64,000 nucleotides of DNA from the human T2T-CHM13v2.0 reference genome, Homo sapiens, in the NCBI GenBank assembly GCA_009914755.4, contig CP068257.2:11456001-11520000 (forward strand), written 5' to 3'. This document shows, piece by piece, positions 28,741 to 47,605 of this stretch; position 1 is the first letter of the stretch; each line of letters starts with the position of its first letter. The position numbers were made by a program, and so were the translations under genes. Under the pieces are notes generated by a model, which saw only the letters and a program-made list of their open reading frames with translations, ran no database searches and was not told the DNA's origin.

Positions 28741-30225
28741 CCATAACAAGAGTTAAATTTCCCTTTAAAAAAATCACTGATATGATTCCATTTCGCCATA
28801 GATAAAAACTATCATTTCAGCCTACCATTGAGTGTACTTATAGCTAACGGAAAGGGCACTTTGTCTCGGGAATACAGATTTGCCTAGAGGTATCCTATTG
28901 CAGTCAAAGAAAGAACAATGAGGGATAGAAAATGTTAGTGATGGAGACACCAACGCTGCATTTTACAACAAACAATGTAAAAACTTTACGGATTGCTTCT
29001 GCTAACTTACTAAAGTTTACGTTCCTCTCAGGTGGGAGAATTGTTGAGTTTTTTCTTAAGATAGAAAAGCAATTCAGATAATCTGAAATCTCCACAAGAA
29101 GGATAAGAAGCACAGCAGAAACTATTCTAGGCAGGAAGTCAATCCATTCAACTGTCTGTGCTCCATAGAAACAACTGTCTGCACTGGGAGTCATACGAGG
29201 TACAGACAACAGCCAGACCTCTGATCCTCTCATTAGTGATTTCAGAAGAAATTAACAGTCAGCTGAGTAATTCACTGAGTAAAGTAAACATTTGGCACTG
29301 ACAGAGGTTAGACGGATAACTATTTGTATCACCATATTCATGAAGCTGGAATATTTTCCATTACTGGTATCACATCCGAATGGAAGATGTTAAAAGGTCT
29401 CTCATCTTGTAAGATGGATATGAAAGAACATTTTCTGAGAAATGAAATTATTCACACACCAGCGAGGTGGATGGAAGAGAAAAAAAAAGAATAATCAGCT
29501 TGAGTTCTTCTCCTTGATAAGACAACTCACTAAAAACATAAAGAGAAAAATACAAGTTAAAATAATTAACCAGAAGAAGACTACTCTAGACTTTTTAAAT
29601 TGCTGATAAGATTTTAATTTGCTCCAAGTTGAAAATAACTATATCGCTTGTGTTTTAAGGCACATAATGAGCAATTATATCACACATGATAGATTCAGCA
29701 GTAAAATATTATCCGTTAACAGCTGGAACTCATAAAAGCATAGCACAATGTGAAGATGGAATTTGCTAAAATAAACCATCTGCTGAAAAATACTATTCTG
29801 CAAATTTAAAAATAAAGTTTAAATGTTATTTGTCTTATTTAATAGGTCTGTGAAAAAATGCGATATTTGAAAAGTAGGTGCTAACTTAATTAGTTCTTTA
29901 TATTTCCCTTGAAGCTTTAATTATTTGAGTCTATCAAACAATAGACTCAATTAACAGGAAAAAAGGTTTACGGATATAATTATGTGCACAACTATGCACT
30001 TGGAGTTTACATAATATATATAAATATGTATATACAAATATTTGTATATTATAAATCGATATACAAATATATACTATATATGTATAAAAACTCCAGGAAA
30101 GGCAAGGTAGTCAACACGCCTATGCTGTCTTGAGGTTACAGAAAACACAGAGCTGTACTTTGCTAAATCAGGCTTTGCAGAAGGCAGGTGACGACAAGGA
30201 AGAAAGAGGAGCCTGGCAGCAGAAG

Positions 30226-30440
30226 TTGTCTTGTTACATGGATGAAACCTCACAGGGAGCAGCCCTCCTCTTGGGAAGTAAAGATAGGAAATGGTTTTTT
30301 GAAATGTAAACGTGCCAGACTCAGTTAATCTTTCCTAAACCCAGACAAGGGAGTATCTCAGGGAAAGCCTGTCTATATCAATGCAGATTTTCTCTACAAA
30401 TGCAAATCTCCCCAACAAACACAGCTTTTCAGCTATTTTT
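30226..30440 (+). repeat. Copy 1 of an unclassified dispersed repeat of ~215 bp (paired with 32995-33215)
   Basis: ttgttacatggatgaaacctcacagggagcagccctcctcttgggaagtaaagataggaaatggtttt…ctcagttaatctttcctaaacccagacaagggagtatctcagggaaagcctgtctatatcaatgcagattttctctacaaatgcaaatctccccaacaaacacagcttttcagc aligns colinearly at ~75-80% identity with 32995-33215. Confidence 0.5.
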
Positions 30441-30497
30441 GTAGAAGAAGCTATTTCCAGTCTTCCGAGTAGCTATCTTGAAATATGTCAAAAAGTT

Positions 30498-30781
<284 letters not shown>

Positions 30782-32994
30782 GTATTTTAGGGTAATATTT
30801 TGAGTATCTTTACCTCCATATGTACAATAAATATTATTGTGATTTTTAATCTTTACTTTTCTGTGGAGAAAACATAGGTGTGATTTCTAGTGTAGCTGAA
30901 CATCACGTTTATTGACAATATTGCACTTGTGTGTGGGTGTGTGTGTGTAGCTACTCTTTACCTTTGTTCTCACGTAATGATTAGATATTAACAATTAATT
31001 CAGTAAAATGTATGTTTTGCAATATTTCTCCATGTTATTATGCTTTAAATTAGTTTAATCATGCCACTATAATGTGTACATTTTAACCTTTGACTATAGG
31101 TCTCAATCTTATTTTGGTTCCTGTATTTGAATTTATGCTAATAAAGTTCCACAGCTAAAAAGGATTATATAAACTTATCTACATTTTTGCTAGTATTCTG
31201 GTGTCATTTTAAATTATGTAATTAAATCAAATTTTAATTTGGATTATTGTTATCTGAGTTAAGGATCTAAATTTTTAATTTTCTTATAAATATTACATAA
31301 TTATTTCTGAACCATATATTGACTAATCTGCCCTTTATATGATGTGCATTATAAGAGCTTGGGATTGATTCCTTTGCAAAGATGAATGCTTGAGAAGTAG
31401 ATATTTAATCATAACATTTCAAAATCTACTGGATAACCTTGAATTGAAAAATAGCCTATAGGTTGAAAAACTCCTGTAGTGAAGAAAGAAATAACTAGTA
31501 TACAGTGACAATATAAACATTATAAGTATTTATTTTATTATCGCCCTGAAATTTGATAATACAAACATGTAATATCTACCTATCATCCATATATCAGGTC
31601 ATAAAAAATCAATACATTCTTCAAAAATTTAGCATAACAAGAAATGCACTCTCTCTCCTTGATGGAATTAAGTTACAAATAAAAGTAAAAATAAGTAGAT
31701 AAGTGATGGAAGTAGACGTTTAAAAACAAAGAAAAATATTTGTTTTGGATAACATAAAAACTCAATTGACGATTCCAATATTTCAAGAACTTTGGCTGTC
31801 AACTGGTGGAGTTTTCCCCAGGAGACATTTGTCAATGTCTAGGGTTATTGTGGGGATGTCAAGACTGGTGGAGGTGTGAAATTTAGAGGTCAAATGAATC
31901 AACTAGCATTGCTAGGGCAGCCTCCCACAACGAAGAATCCTCTGGTCCTAAAGGTAAGTAGCACCAAGGTTGAGAAACCATAATCTAGAAAGTAAACACT
32001 ATGTAGCTATTCCAAGTGCTCAGGAAAACACATCAATGCCCTCGAGGGGAAAAGTGTAAACATTTTAATTGCTGTACATGGTGACACAAATCCATGTTGT
32101 TAATCTAAGTGGAAGAGGCTGAGGCACAAAATGTAATTCAGAGTTTACTTGAGCCAAAATGAGGACAGCCGCCTGGAAGAAACAGACCCAAGTATCCTTG
32201 GATATGAACTCCCTTCGGAGCTTTGCAACAAGCAGTTTCTTAAAGGCAAAAAAGGGTCCAGAAGTGGGATGATGCAAAGAGGTTTGTCACAAATTCTCAT
32301 TGGCTTATGGAAATAACATTTATTATTGACTGGCTATACACTGTTACACTATTATTGGGTGTGGATTATAGTGTCTGGTGTGGCGTTATTGGTTAATTTA
32401 TAGCTACTGTGGCAACAGCAAGCAGCCTAGATGAACACACAGCTCAAAGAGGAGCAGGACAGAACTGCTGTCTCCTTTGAATATCTCTCTGGGCCTGATT
32501 ATTTAAAAGGACTTGCATTTCTCACATGAAAGTTATTTTCTTTTCTCAATGTCAATAAATGAGAATAAATAGACATAAAATAGGTCTTTTCGAGGATGAA
32601 GTAAATGGAATAAAAAACAAAACACAAGCTGAACAGAAATCATAGAGGGAAGAAAAGGTTATAAATATATGGAGTTTTCAAAGTGATTTTAAGCTATTAG
32701 GAATCAGTTAAATGTTGGGGGATTTTGTCTGAGTATGGGCTAAAGGAGAATGTCCCTTTTGCCTTCTGAAGTTTCCCTGATAATCACTAATAGGAGGCAG
32801 ATAAATAGTAGAAAAGGCAAACAGGTTTCTGCAATGTGTGTACACTGGAGCCCTTACAATGAAGACCCAGACACACGATGGGTGCAGAAGCTTATCTACC
32901 ACATGAAGTTTACAGAAAGAATGGGGTCTTGGATCACAGGGAAAAAAAAAAAAAAAAGGTTATGTGAGAAAAGTACCCTGCCTAGAAACAGTGG

Positions 32995-33215
32995 ACTTAT
33001 TACGTAAGTGAAACCTCACTGGGAGCAGTCCTCAGATAGAATAGACAGAAAATGTTTCTTTCAGACCTTTGGAGACCTCCGACACTCAGTTAACCTTTCC
33101 TAGATCCAGACAAGGGGGCAGACCTCAGAGAAAGCCTGGCTGCATCAAGGCAGATTCTCTACCGATGCGAATCTCCCCAAGATAGCTTTGCAGCTAAGTT
33201 TGCATTTCCAGCCCT
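32995..33215 (+). repeat. Copy 2 of the unclassified dispersed repeat of ~215 bp
   Basis: ttattacgtaagtgaaacctcactgggagcagtcctcagatagaatagacagaaaatgtttctttcagacctttggagacctccgacactcagttaacctttcctagatccagacaagggggcagacctcagagaaagcctggctgcatcaaggcagattctctaccgatgcgaatctccccaagatagctttgcagc. Confidence 0.5.
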
Positions 33216-34414
33216 TCTCAATAGCCATTTTGAAATATTTCAAGGAAATATATTTTGGGGTAAAATATATTAGTTTCCTTCATACAGCTATAAAACATGC
33301 AGGAATAATTTTTCTCAATATCTACTACAAATCCAATATAGCAGTAATTATAAAACCCACCAGATATTGAAGAAAAAATATGTAGAGTACATCACTCACA
33401 AATATTGATACTAAAATGCCAAATAAAATAAAAATAATATCCAACAATATTTGAAACAGTAAGACAAGAAATTGGCAAAAAAAATAAAACAAATATCCAC
33501 CTTGGGGATGAAAGTGTGATTCCAAATTTGGTAATCCAATAATATTAATGATATATTGGTTAGCCCAAATAAAAAATAAATAGGGGATTCTCAGTACACG
33601 CTAAAATATATTTGTTAAAAGGTCATATTCATGTCTTTAAAGATTTTAAATGCTATAAAGAGTCTGATATTCTATACGCAAACATGTGTATGTCCATTAG
33701 AAGAACAGAGGCCTGATTTTCATATGTTACTACATAGAGGTAGAGAAGTGGATAGATTAATTTGCATATGCATAGAGAAAGCATAAAATATAAATTTACT
33801 ATCATACTTAAAGGAATATAAATTCAACATAAAATAATTCAAAGGTACAATTTTAAATATTTTTAAGTTACATTATTAATATTAGATAATATTTATAATT
33901 GTGAAAATATTCAATGCTAAAATAAGATAGAATGTCTAAACGTCAGTATTAAAACTAGTATAAATATTTGCTGGTTTTTACAAGGAAAATTCAAGCTCAA
34001 CCTAAAATTATATAGGAAATAAAAGAAAAATTTTAAGGGAGCTCTTTAATAACACAAACATATATATATATACACACACACATATAACATGCATATATGT
34101 TATATGGGATAGATATAGATTTAACATGTTATATCTATATTTGTATCTATCTATAACTACAGCTGTATGTATCTACCTTTCTATATATTTACTCAGTGAT
34201 ATAAATATAGACTGGAATAAATATAAAGGCACATATGATTCTTGGATAAAAAGGATTTAGTATCATAAAGACAAATTCTTTCCAAATTCACCTATGAATC
34301 CACAACAATATACAGTTTCATTAGTATAATTTAAAATTTTTAAATAAATTCCAAGATTTATTTAAAGGAATATACATGTATACCAGCAGTAAAGAAAGAA
34401 GTAAGAGTGCACTA

Positions 34415-38180
<3,766 letters not shown>

Positions 38181-38260
38181 TGTTACAGAATGTTTAGTGA
38201 CTAGAAATACAATGATAATGTCCAATAAATAAATATATTTTACAAAAAATAAAATAAAAT
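38181..38260 (+). other. Probable short 3' transduction plus a second A-rich tail belonging to the L1 insertion at 34443-38260
   Basis: Non-L1 sequence gatgttacagaatgtttagtgactagaaatacaatgataatgtccaataaataaatatattttac, followed by aaaaaataaaataaaataaa, lies between the L1 A-tail and the right-hand copy of the 13-bp target-site duplication aaaatacattttt (34430-34442 and 38261-38273). Confidence 0.5.
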
Positions 38261-39424
38261 AAAATACATTTTTAAACTTAGTAACTAAAACTGAGCAGTA
38301 CTGATTTGGAGTAATGGAATTTAGGTATATGAGATCTCAAAAGCATAGAGCTCAAAGGAGACCCCTGTATGCATGAGAGCTTAGGATGTGCTTTAGAAGG
38401 CATTACCAAACCACGGGCAAAGTTACTTTGGTTTCTTAGTCTTACTAGGTTTGAAAAGCCAGAGAAAAGACTCAAGGCCACCATATAAGAGCAAAACAAA
38501 AGGACAGGGAGAGAATGTGAAGATACTGAAACATTTTACATAAAGTTGTATAAAACATACTTTAAAGAAAATGTAAAGTTTAGGATATACATCAAAATCA
38601 GCAGAACCACTAAATAAATAAATAGGAATTGTAAAAAAGCAAGAGAAAATTTAAATGGATTTCTAAAAAATATTGACACCTATGATTTTTAAAATATGTT
38701 TAAGATATCCCATATTTCACAGGGCAGCCTTTCACAACATATATTAGGACATAAAGGTCCTTCTGTTTTTAATTTACTAGTGTTTATAGGGTTACAAATG
38801 TCTTCTACCCTTGTCTTTTGTCTGATGGTGCAAAAAAATTTTCATAAGCATGTACTTTTGAATGCCTGATGGATTGACATATATAATATGCTGCTAGTAT
38901 TAAAATATATGACGGAAAACGCATGCAATCTTCTCACTGTTTACATAAATTCTAGGTTTCTCCTATTTACCTCAAGCACGTATGGAGCGAATTCTTACCT
39001 TTTAATATTGCCATGGCATTCACATTGAACGTAAGTTGAACTCTCTTATATGGTAGCTGGGTTCAGATTCCCTTGACAATTTCCAGTTCTAACCCTCACA
39101 GTTCCTCAGTGTGGCTGGCCCAGATATTGATCCTACACAGCTGCCTCCTCCTGGTGACTAGCCACTGTGGAACCATTGGATACAACCTACCTGACTCACC
39201 CCACAGACCTCACAGCCCACTTGGACAGCCCCCACAAGCCAGAGTGACCTGCTCAGTTGCAGCTGCAGCCAAGAAATGTGCCTGCTGGCACTCACCCCAC
39301 TGACCAGAGCCCCGTGGAAAACTTATTTGGGTAATGTTCTGGGCCCAATAAAGGCTGGAGTCCCACAGACCCCTTTTCTGTCTCTTGCTCCCCACTCATC
39401 TTCCCCATTTTCTTCAGCCCTACG

Positions 39425-39790
39425 AGTTGTGCTACTGTATTAGTCCATTTTCACACTGCCAGTAAAGACATGCCCAAGACTGGGTAATTTCCAGAACAAA
39501 GAGGTTTAATAGACGCACAGTTCTACATGGCTGGGTAGGCCTCACAATCATGGTGGAAGGTGAAAGGTACATCTCACGTGGCAGCAGACAAGACAAGAGA
39601 GCTTGTGCAGGGAAACTCCCCTTTATAAAACCATCAGATCTTGTGAGACTTATTCACTATCAAAAGAACAGCATGGGAAAGACCTGCCCCCATGATTCAA
39701 TTTCCTCCCACCTGTTCCCTCCCACAACATGTGGGAATTCAAGATGAGATTTGGCTGGGGACACAGCTAAACCCTCTTCTCAGCTACCCT
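39425..39790 (-). mobile_element. Solo MaLR LTR (THE1/MST-like), reverse orientation
   Basis: gtattagtccattttcacactgccagtaaagacatgcccaagactgggtaatttccagaacaaagaggtttaatagacgcacagttctacatggctgggtaggcctcacaatcatggtggaaggtgaaag … catgattcaatttcctcccacctgttccctcccacaacatgtgggaattcaagatgagatttggctggggacacagctaaacc is the reverse complement of a THE1/MST-type LTR as I recall it. Confidence 0.6.
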
Positions 39791-41350
39791 CTTCTCTCTG
39801 GATCTGTGAGTAATAAAACTACTTCTGTGATTTCCCATGTTTTGTCCTGTGGCCTGCATGTGTCTGATCTGACCTACACTGGAACCTAACTCTCCTCCTG
39901 GCCAGGGTATCTAGGAGTGGCTCTTGTCAGAAATACACAGGACACAGGTCAGGCAATAGCCACCAGGCATCTCCTAGTCTCAACAGATGTTCTGTGAGAG
40001 GGAGGCCTGGTTGTGGGATGCACACCTGGCCACTGCTGGGGTAAGGAAGTGCCCTGTGAAAGGCACATGTTAAGCATCCACAACCCCCTGCTCAGAACCC
40101 AAGAAAGGCAGGGCTCCAATTGACAGTCACTCTCCAGAGACAAACCTCAAGCCCTAACTGGAGGAAAATAAAACAATGTAAAAATTTGAATTTATCTTAC
40201 TATTTCAATGATCCAGTAAAGACATTCTATGCCTGTACACCACATATTTTCTTCGATTGTGGATATATTTTAGGTAGAATTTTATGTCTGGCTTTCACTT
40301 TAGCCTGGTCCCTACCTCAAGCATAAGGTAAAGATTTTCCATAGTTTCTTTTCTGGTACTACTGCCTGCCAGTGTGGGGTCATGTCCTAGTCTATCTTGA
40401 GGGAACCCCCTTATTCATTATTGTCAGAGTGAGACTGTTAAGTCTTGATTTCCCTGGACAACTTCATTGCATGACTTTTAATATGATTTTTAAATATACC
40501 CTTTACTGGACAATAAATTATATAGTTATCTGAGTAAGAGATATGATCAGAAAGAGGCATTGCCTCATTCAGCTTTTCTGTTTGGTGAACTCGCATATGT
40601 TCTCCTCACCCACCAGTCACCTCTAAACTGTATTGTTCCAAGACAACAAACAGAACTCGAGTGTGTATCTTTCACCACTGGATTTGTCTTTGCTCCATAA
40701 AGCTTAATGCTTAATAGGGTTTCTGTTAGCATTTTCTCTATTTATTTTCCCATAAAATATCACAGGCCTTCTTCATATGGAATTATGGGTGATTTCCTTC
40801 AATCTGCATCATATCAAGTTGAGGTTCATGTTGATGGAAAGTAAAACATACGTTTAAAATATCAGTAATGATGTTTTCCCCTCCTTTTTAGCACATGTGC
40901 TTGTGAGAGTCATCGTAATACAATTCTAGTCTCATGCTTTGATCATTCCTAAGATGAAAATAATATTTTTAGATAAAATATCTGAGTTTTATGAGGCCTT
41001 TAGTATATGATGTAATAGAATATCAGAAAACCATACTTTTTTCTAGTTTTCCATGTAATTCTTTCATTGTTTCACCTTTACTCCTACGACAGTAATTTTC
41101 CAAAACAGGTATCTTGTCATTCCTCCTGTTGTTATCAGTAAATAAGTGAAATGAAGAGCTAGATTATGTAATTTATCTAGAACAAGAAAGTAGAATTGAA
41201 TCTATATTCATTAATGAGACTAACCAGTCAATTACACAGATAGGCTTTTTACATTTTGAAGATCATATGGACCCATTGTCAGATATATTATTATTTATGT
41301 CTATATGGACATCACCTGTGCCTATTTATGTAGAACTCAATGACAGCTGA

Positions 41351-41660
<310 letters not shown>

Positions 41661-42793
41661 TGGAAGCTGATTTTTAAAATACTGACATCATATAGATAAC
41701 AGCACCTGAAAAATAGACAACACCTAGCTTTATGTTAAAAAGTGTGAGGGTATCAATATTGTTGTGGCTATTGGGGAGGAAAACATTAGTAAAACCAGTG
41801 AGTTAAAGCTGTTGCTTTAAACTTTGGCTTTAGTTTAACAAATGTTCTCTGGGGTGACAGTATGTACGTAACCATGCTATGCCCATTCACAGATGCAGTA
41901 GACGGAAGAATTTCTCAAAGACAACTGTTCTAAGATTGAAATTAAACCGCACTGGGTATGAAAAGAGAAAGTCCAGGAATTAGCAAATATTTTAGATATC
42001 AGATAAAAGAGAATGCCAGGTATGCGATGATAATCAGCAATGGTTGTTCACAGAATACATCAAATCAGTATTTGAATTAGCTTTTGAATTATAAGGACAA
42101 ATGGATCAAGTCTTGACTCTTTAGTAGATAAATCTTATTAGGCTGAGATGTGTTTTCCCCTGTTTTTCCACAAGGAGATTACAAATTTGCAAACCTCAGC
42201 TGCTCTCATTTTATGCTGTCACCAAGCCAAAAGCTGAAGCTCATAAATCAGTGTGTCTAAGTGTTCACTAGTTATATACCTTTTTGTAGTTTAAGCTATC
42301 TTTCCAACTTCCTAAATCATCACCTTCATTTGACCTTGTTTTTTTCCACTATCACTTCTTTATTGACTACATAAAGAATATAAGTTCTTATTTTGTTATT
42401 GTTCATTTTAGTCTAATTTCATCAAAATATCATAATCCTTTAATTTCCTTTTAATTTCAAAGATTAAATGAAACCTACATAGAAATGAGTGTAAGATTTG
42501 CATTTGCGTTATTTTGGTATTAATTTGCTATCCTCCCTCATACACATAGTGATCACTTCCATGTACGTGATTTCAAACATCCAAGTGCAGTATTAAAAGC
42601 AGTTGTAAATTATGGTTCTGATTTTCATGATACAATTACTATATAAATTTCCTCTTGCTGCTGTAACCAGTTACCACAAACTTCATATCTTACAATAAAG
42701 TGACTGGTAATCCTACAGTACTGGAGCTCAGAAGCCTTAAATGAGACTCACAGGGCTAACATCAAGTTTTGGGCAGGGCTGCAGTCTTTCTGA

Positions 42794-43173
<380 letters not shown>

Positions 43174-43535
43174 CCTCATTCTTGTATCTTAAAAGTCAGT
43201 GATGTTGAGTAATTTCTCATGCCACCACCTCCATGGTTGCCTTTCTTCTGCCTTCTTCTTTCACTTATAAGGAATCTTGTGATTTCATTGATCCCACCCA
43301 ATTAAGATAATCTCTCCATCATTTTATTGCAACCTTAATTTCACTTGAAATCTAATTTCCCACTGCCATGCAACCTAACATATTTGTATGTTAGACTCTG
43401 GGAATTAGGACATGAACATTTTTGGGAGGCCATTCTTTTGTCTACACCAGACATAATCTATTTACCTGCAGATTAAAGTGTTCTTTATTTTTCTGCCTCC
43501 CTCTCTTAATTTTTTAAAGTAATATGAATTGTAGT

Positions 43536-43688
43536 AAAGAGAAAGAAAGAAAAGAAAAGAAAGAAAAAAGAAGCAAGGAAAGAAGGAAGGAAGGAAAGAA
43601 AGAAAGAAGAAAGAAAAGAAGGAGGAAATGAGAAAAGGAAGGGAGGGAGGAAGGGACAAAGGCAGGAAGGGAGAAAAAAGAAAGCAAG
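43536..43688. repeat. Purine-rich simple repeat, (GAAA)n/(GGAA)n-like, ~150 bp
   Basis: aaagagaaagaaagaaaagaaaagaaagaaaaaagaagcaaggaaagaaggaaggaaggaaagaaagaaagaagaaagaaaagaaggaggaaatgagaaaaggaagggagggaggaagggacaaaggcaggaagggagaaaaaag. Confidence 0.9.
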
Positions 43689-46600
43689 ACATGGCTTTCC
43701 AAAACCTTGTGCATTCCAAAGGTCTTCAGGACTGGCCCTCGACAAGCTCCTGGGAGATGATAACCTATGAGCCCTTGGTATATGCTGCCTGATGAGAGTC
43801 TTTGTATACCTGAAAACGTAGGTCCTACCAAATAGCTGATGCTAACAACGTGATTTCTTGTGAGCACCTGTTTCTGTATGCCTATGACTTTGTGTAATGC
43901 CATACTAATATGACCTCTCTTAGGGCATAGGGAGGTTGGGAACTAAGTAGCTAAGTTCAGTCACAGGACGCTCGATGCATATGTGGTGGAATCCTAATGA
44001 AAACCCTGGACTCAAGACTGACTGAGCTTCCCTAGTTGGCAACAAGTTCACACATGTTGTCTCACACCATTGTAAAGAAAATTAGTCAGTGTGAAGTCCC
44101 CACTATGAAAGGACACCTGTAAGCTCACATCTGGTTTGTCCTGGACTCAACTTTATGTGCTTTTATGCTTCTGATTATTTTAATCTGGTTTCTTTCACTG
44201 TTAGAAACTATAACCACAAAAAAAATCAGCTTTCTTGAGTTATGTGAATCATTAAACCAAAGGGGGACTTGGGGACCCCCAGTAAAAAGTATATACATTC
44301 TTAAAAAGAAACAGAAAACTGGCCACAGCAGATATTGTTGATGACTTGTCTTCTATCTCCTGGACTCAATGTGTTCACCTGAAATTCACCTGTTTCCAAC
44401 TAACTGAGAGCTCCCCACATCATGCCTGTCTTTCTGATTTTTGGGCCTGCCTGCAAGCTTCTTGAGGCTAACCAGTGCTTCTCAACCACACATAGGAACA
44501 AAGAAGGAGTTAGGGGTGGAGAGTTAATGATTCTAAGGCAATCCTTAAGCAATAAGAGATGGGGATTCCAGCATCCCCATCTCTTTGTAAAGTTATTTTG
44601 AGACAATCTCCATACCTCCATCATTACTGAGCACAATAGCAGTAACTACTCATTCACACTGGCTTCGTGTTCTGTTTCATTTTCTCCACTTCTGTGCTTT
44701 CTCACTCAATTTCTGATTAAAGTATCTGACCCAAGATATTTGTTTCATCATCTATTTTTGAGGGAATCCAGAGCCAAGACAATAACAATGGGAGCTTTGC
44801 AATGAGGGAGGCTGAGTATAATCATCAGAAGAGTACCTACCTCACTGGGAACATGAAGGCCTGGAGAGCTTGCTGTTTCAATGAGAGAAAAATGTTGAAT
44901 CTCAGTTGAATACCTATATATATATGGGCAATAAGTCGTGCTCTTTACTTATATCAAAGGAAAATGCTCTTTACCTCTCTTTGTTGTTGTGTTTTTATCA
45001 CTATTGCCTACACAAGCAGAATATCATACCCAGGATTTAAAGCCCTGTCTGCAGGATTTTCAAGCTCATGTTTTTATCATAAGTCACTGTGCTTCCATGT
45101 GTTTTAAATCTAATCCTCATTCCTCTGCTTTTACACCAGAGAATTCATCACTGACTTATTTTTGACTGACCTTATAGAGCTGTCAAGTACACAATTTCTG
45201 CTGTGACCTTTCTCTTAGAGTTCAGTCATATAGCCTCTCCCTAGATATCATCTCCTCTTATCTTTCATAATAATGAATTGTCAGTTAAAACTCAACATTT
45301 TTAAGATTGAGCTTACCATCTACACACACCATTATTGGTGTATTCTCATAGCCTTGAAACACTAATGTCACGTTGATGTCTGCCTTTTCTTTCTCTGCTA
45401 CCTCATCCCTCATCCTTAGATTATTCTAAAAGATTCAATTAGATCAAGTTGGCTAATTATATTTTTAAGATCCTCTCTACCCTTACCAATTTTTTGTTTA
45501 ACAAATTTTAAAAATTTCTGGCAGGAGACTGTGGAAATCCCCATGGATGACTGTGGTTTTACTATTTTACCTTTCAGTTTTAATAGGTTTTATATTATGT
45601 ATTTTGAAGTAATGCTATTGTATGCATACATATTTATTATTTACATGTCTTCTTGGAGTATTTTCCCCTTTGTCATTATGAAATGTTATTCTTCATCCCC
45701 AGTGATATTTCCTGTTCTGATGTCTACTTTGCTCATCACAGTTTTAGTGGGTTTTGGTTTGTTTGTTTTTCTTTTTTTTTTTCGGTTCAAATAAGTTTCT
45801 TATAAAGAGCATATAGTTGAGTCAGTGTTTTTAATCCTGTCTTATGATCTCTGCCTTTTAATAAGAATATTTTGTCAATTTATATTTAATGTAATTATCA
45901 ATATGATTGGGTGTGTAACTACTCTCTTGCTATATGTTTTCTAAATATCTCATCATTTCTGTTCATTTTCCCCCTTTTTCTGCCTTCTTTTGAATTGAGA
46001 ATTTAGTTTTTAAGATCCGCTTTTATCTCCACTATTAACTTTTAACCGTTCCATTTTGTTTTAATTTTAATGATTGATATAGGGCTCATAAAATAGACAG
46101 TTCTTGTTTTCCTTAGTTTTGATATGCAAAGGCTTTAGTTATCATGCTTTAGTTACATAGCACAAGCCCCAAAACAAAACAGTTTAGGTACAGCAGTGTA
46201 TTAATTGGGACTAACAGATTGAAGTATAATTTTTTTCTGTTAACTCTTCAGTCCATAAAACTATTAAGTAAATATCAGATTTGCATCAAGATCCATGATC
46301 AGTCATGTCACTTTTCTCAATATCTATCAATAATCAATTACTATGTATCTGTTTTGTATTCATACAGAGACAGGAAAGCATCCAGTAGTGTTGCTTCTTT
46401 GTCTTTCAGTGATAAAGGCATGACATTATACAAAAATTGATAAACGACAGAAAATCAGCCAACAAAAATGAAAGTGTGGCAAATAAATGAAAGTGTCAAC
46501 ACCGAAAGTGAAATTCAGATTGGATCTTGATGGATTTATAGAAGAAATAGTTAATTGCGAGAATGCTGACACAACTACCATCCAAAAGATTTCATATGTG

Positions 46601-47044
46601 CAGTCAGGGGAACTTACAGAAGACATATTTACAACTTAAATGAAGAAGCTGATTGCAGGGAAAAGACAAAAGTTTTCCCAGAAGATGTGATGCTGAGAAA
46701 AAAAATTACATTGAAGAAATTCTCCAAGATGTTTAAAGACAATGAACGCACAAACAATAAAATGTTGGACAAATAATCGAATTTATAAAGAAGTATGGCA
46801 ATTCACCAAAGCATAAAAAATATTGAGAGTCACATGATGAGAAGTTGTGCAAATACTGTACAAACTACTCTGAATACATTTCAAAGAAATATATAAAACA
46901 TGTATTTTAATTATCAATGTTTTAAATTATAGTGTACTATATAAATACTAGTTTTAGGGTTGTTTTTTGGTTTTTACTTTTCTATGCATATATAACCAAC
47001 AGTAAGACATTTTTAATATTTTGACAAATGTGTTTATTTATTTA

Positions 47045-47336
<292 letters not shown>

Positions 47337-47605
47337 CTGACAAGTGTTTTTAATGATTGCAGGAACAAGTTTATGTTTTTCCATTAATTATTAAGATAAC
47401 TTTGCCCAGTTTCAACTTGCACAGTGGTTACTAAGGCCCCCCACTGATGTGCATAAAGAGTACCATCTGTACATTTTTTTAACTTAAAACACTCAACCTT
47501 CAAATAATATTTATAATACCTGCTATATAGTTTTAAAATATTGCAATTCTGAAGCCAGCATTACCATGATACTAAAACCCAGCAACCTATAATCCTGAAA
47601 TGTAA

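Noticed and set aside
43462-43903. Track ORFs rich in F, L and S on the minus strand at 43462-43903.
   Set aside because: They are translations of the polypyrimidine complement of the (GAAA/GGAA)n simple repeat.
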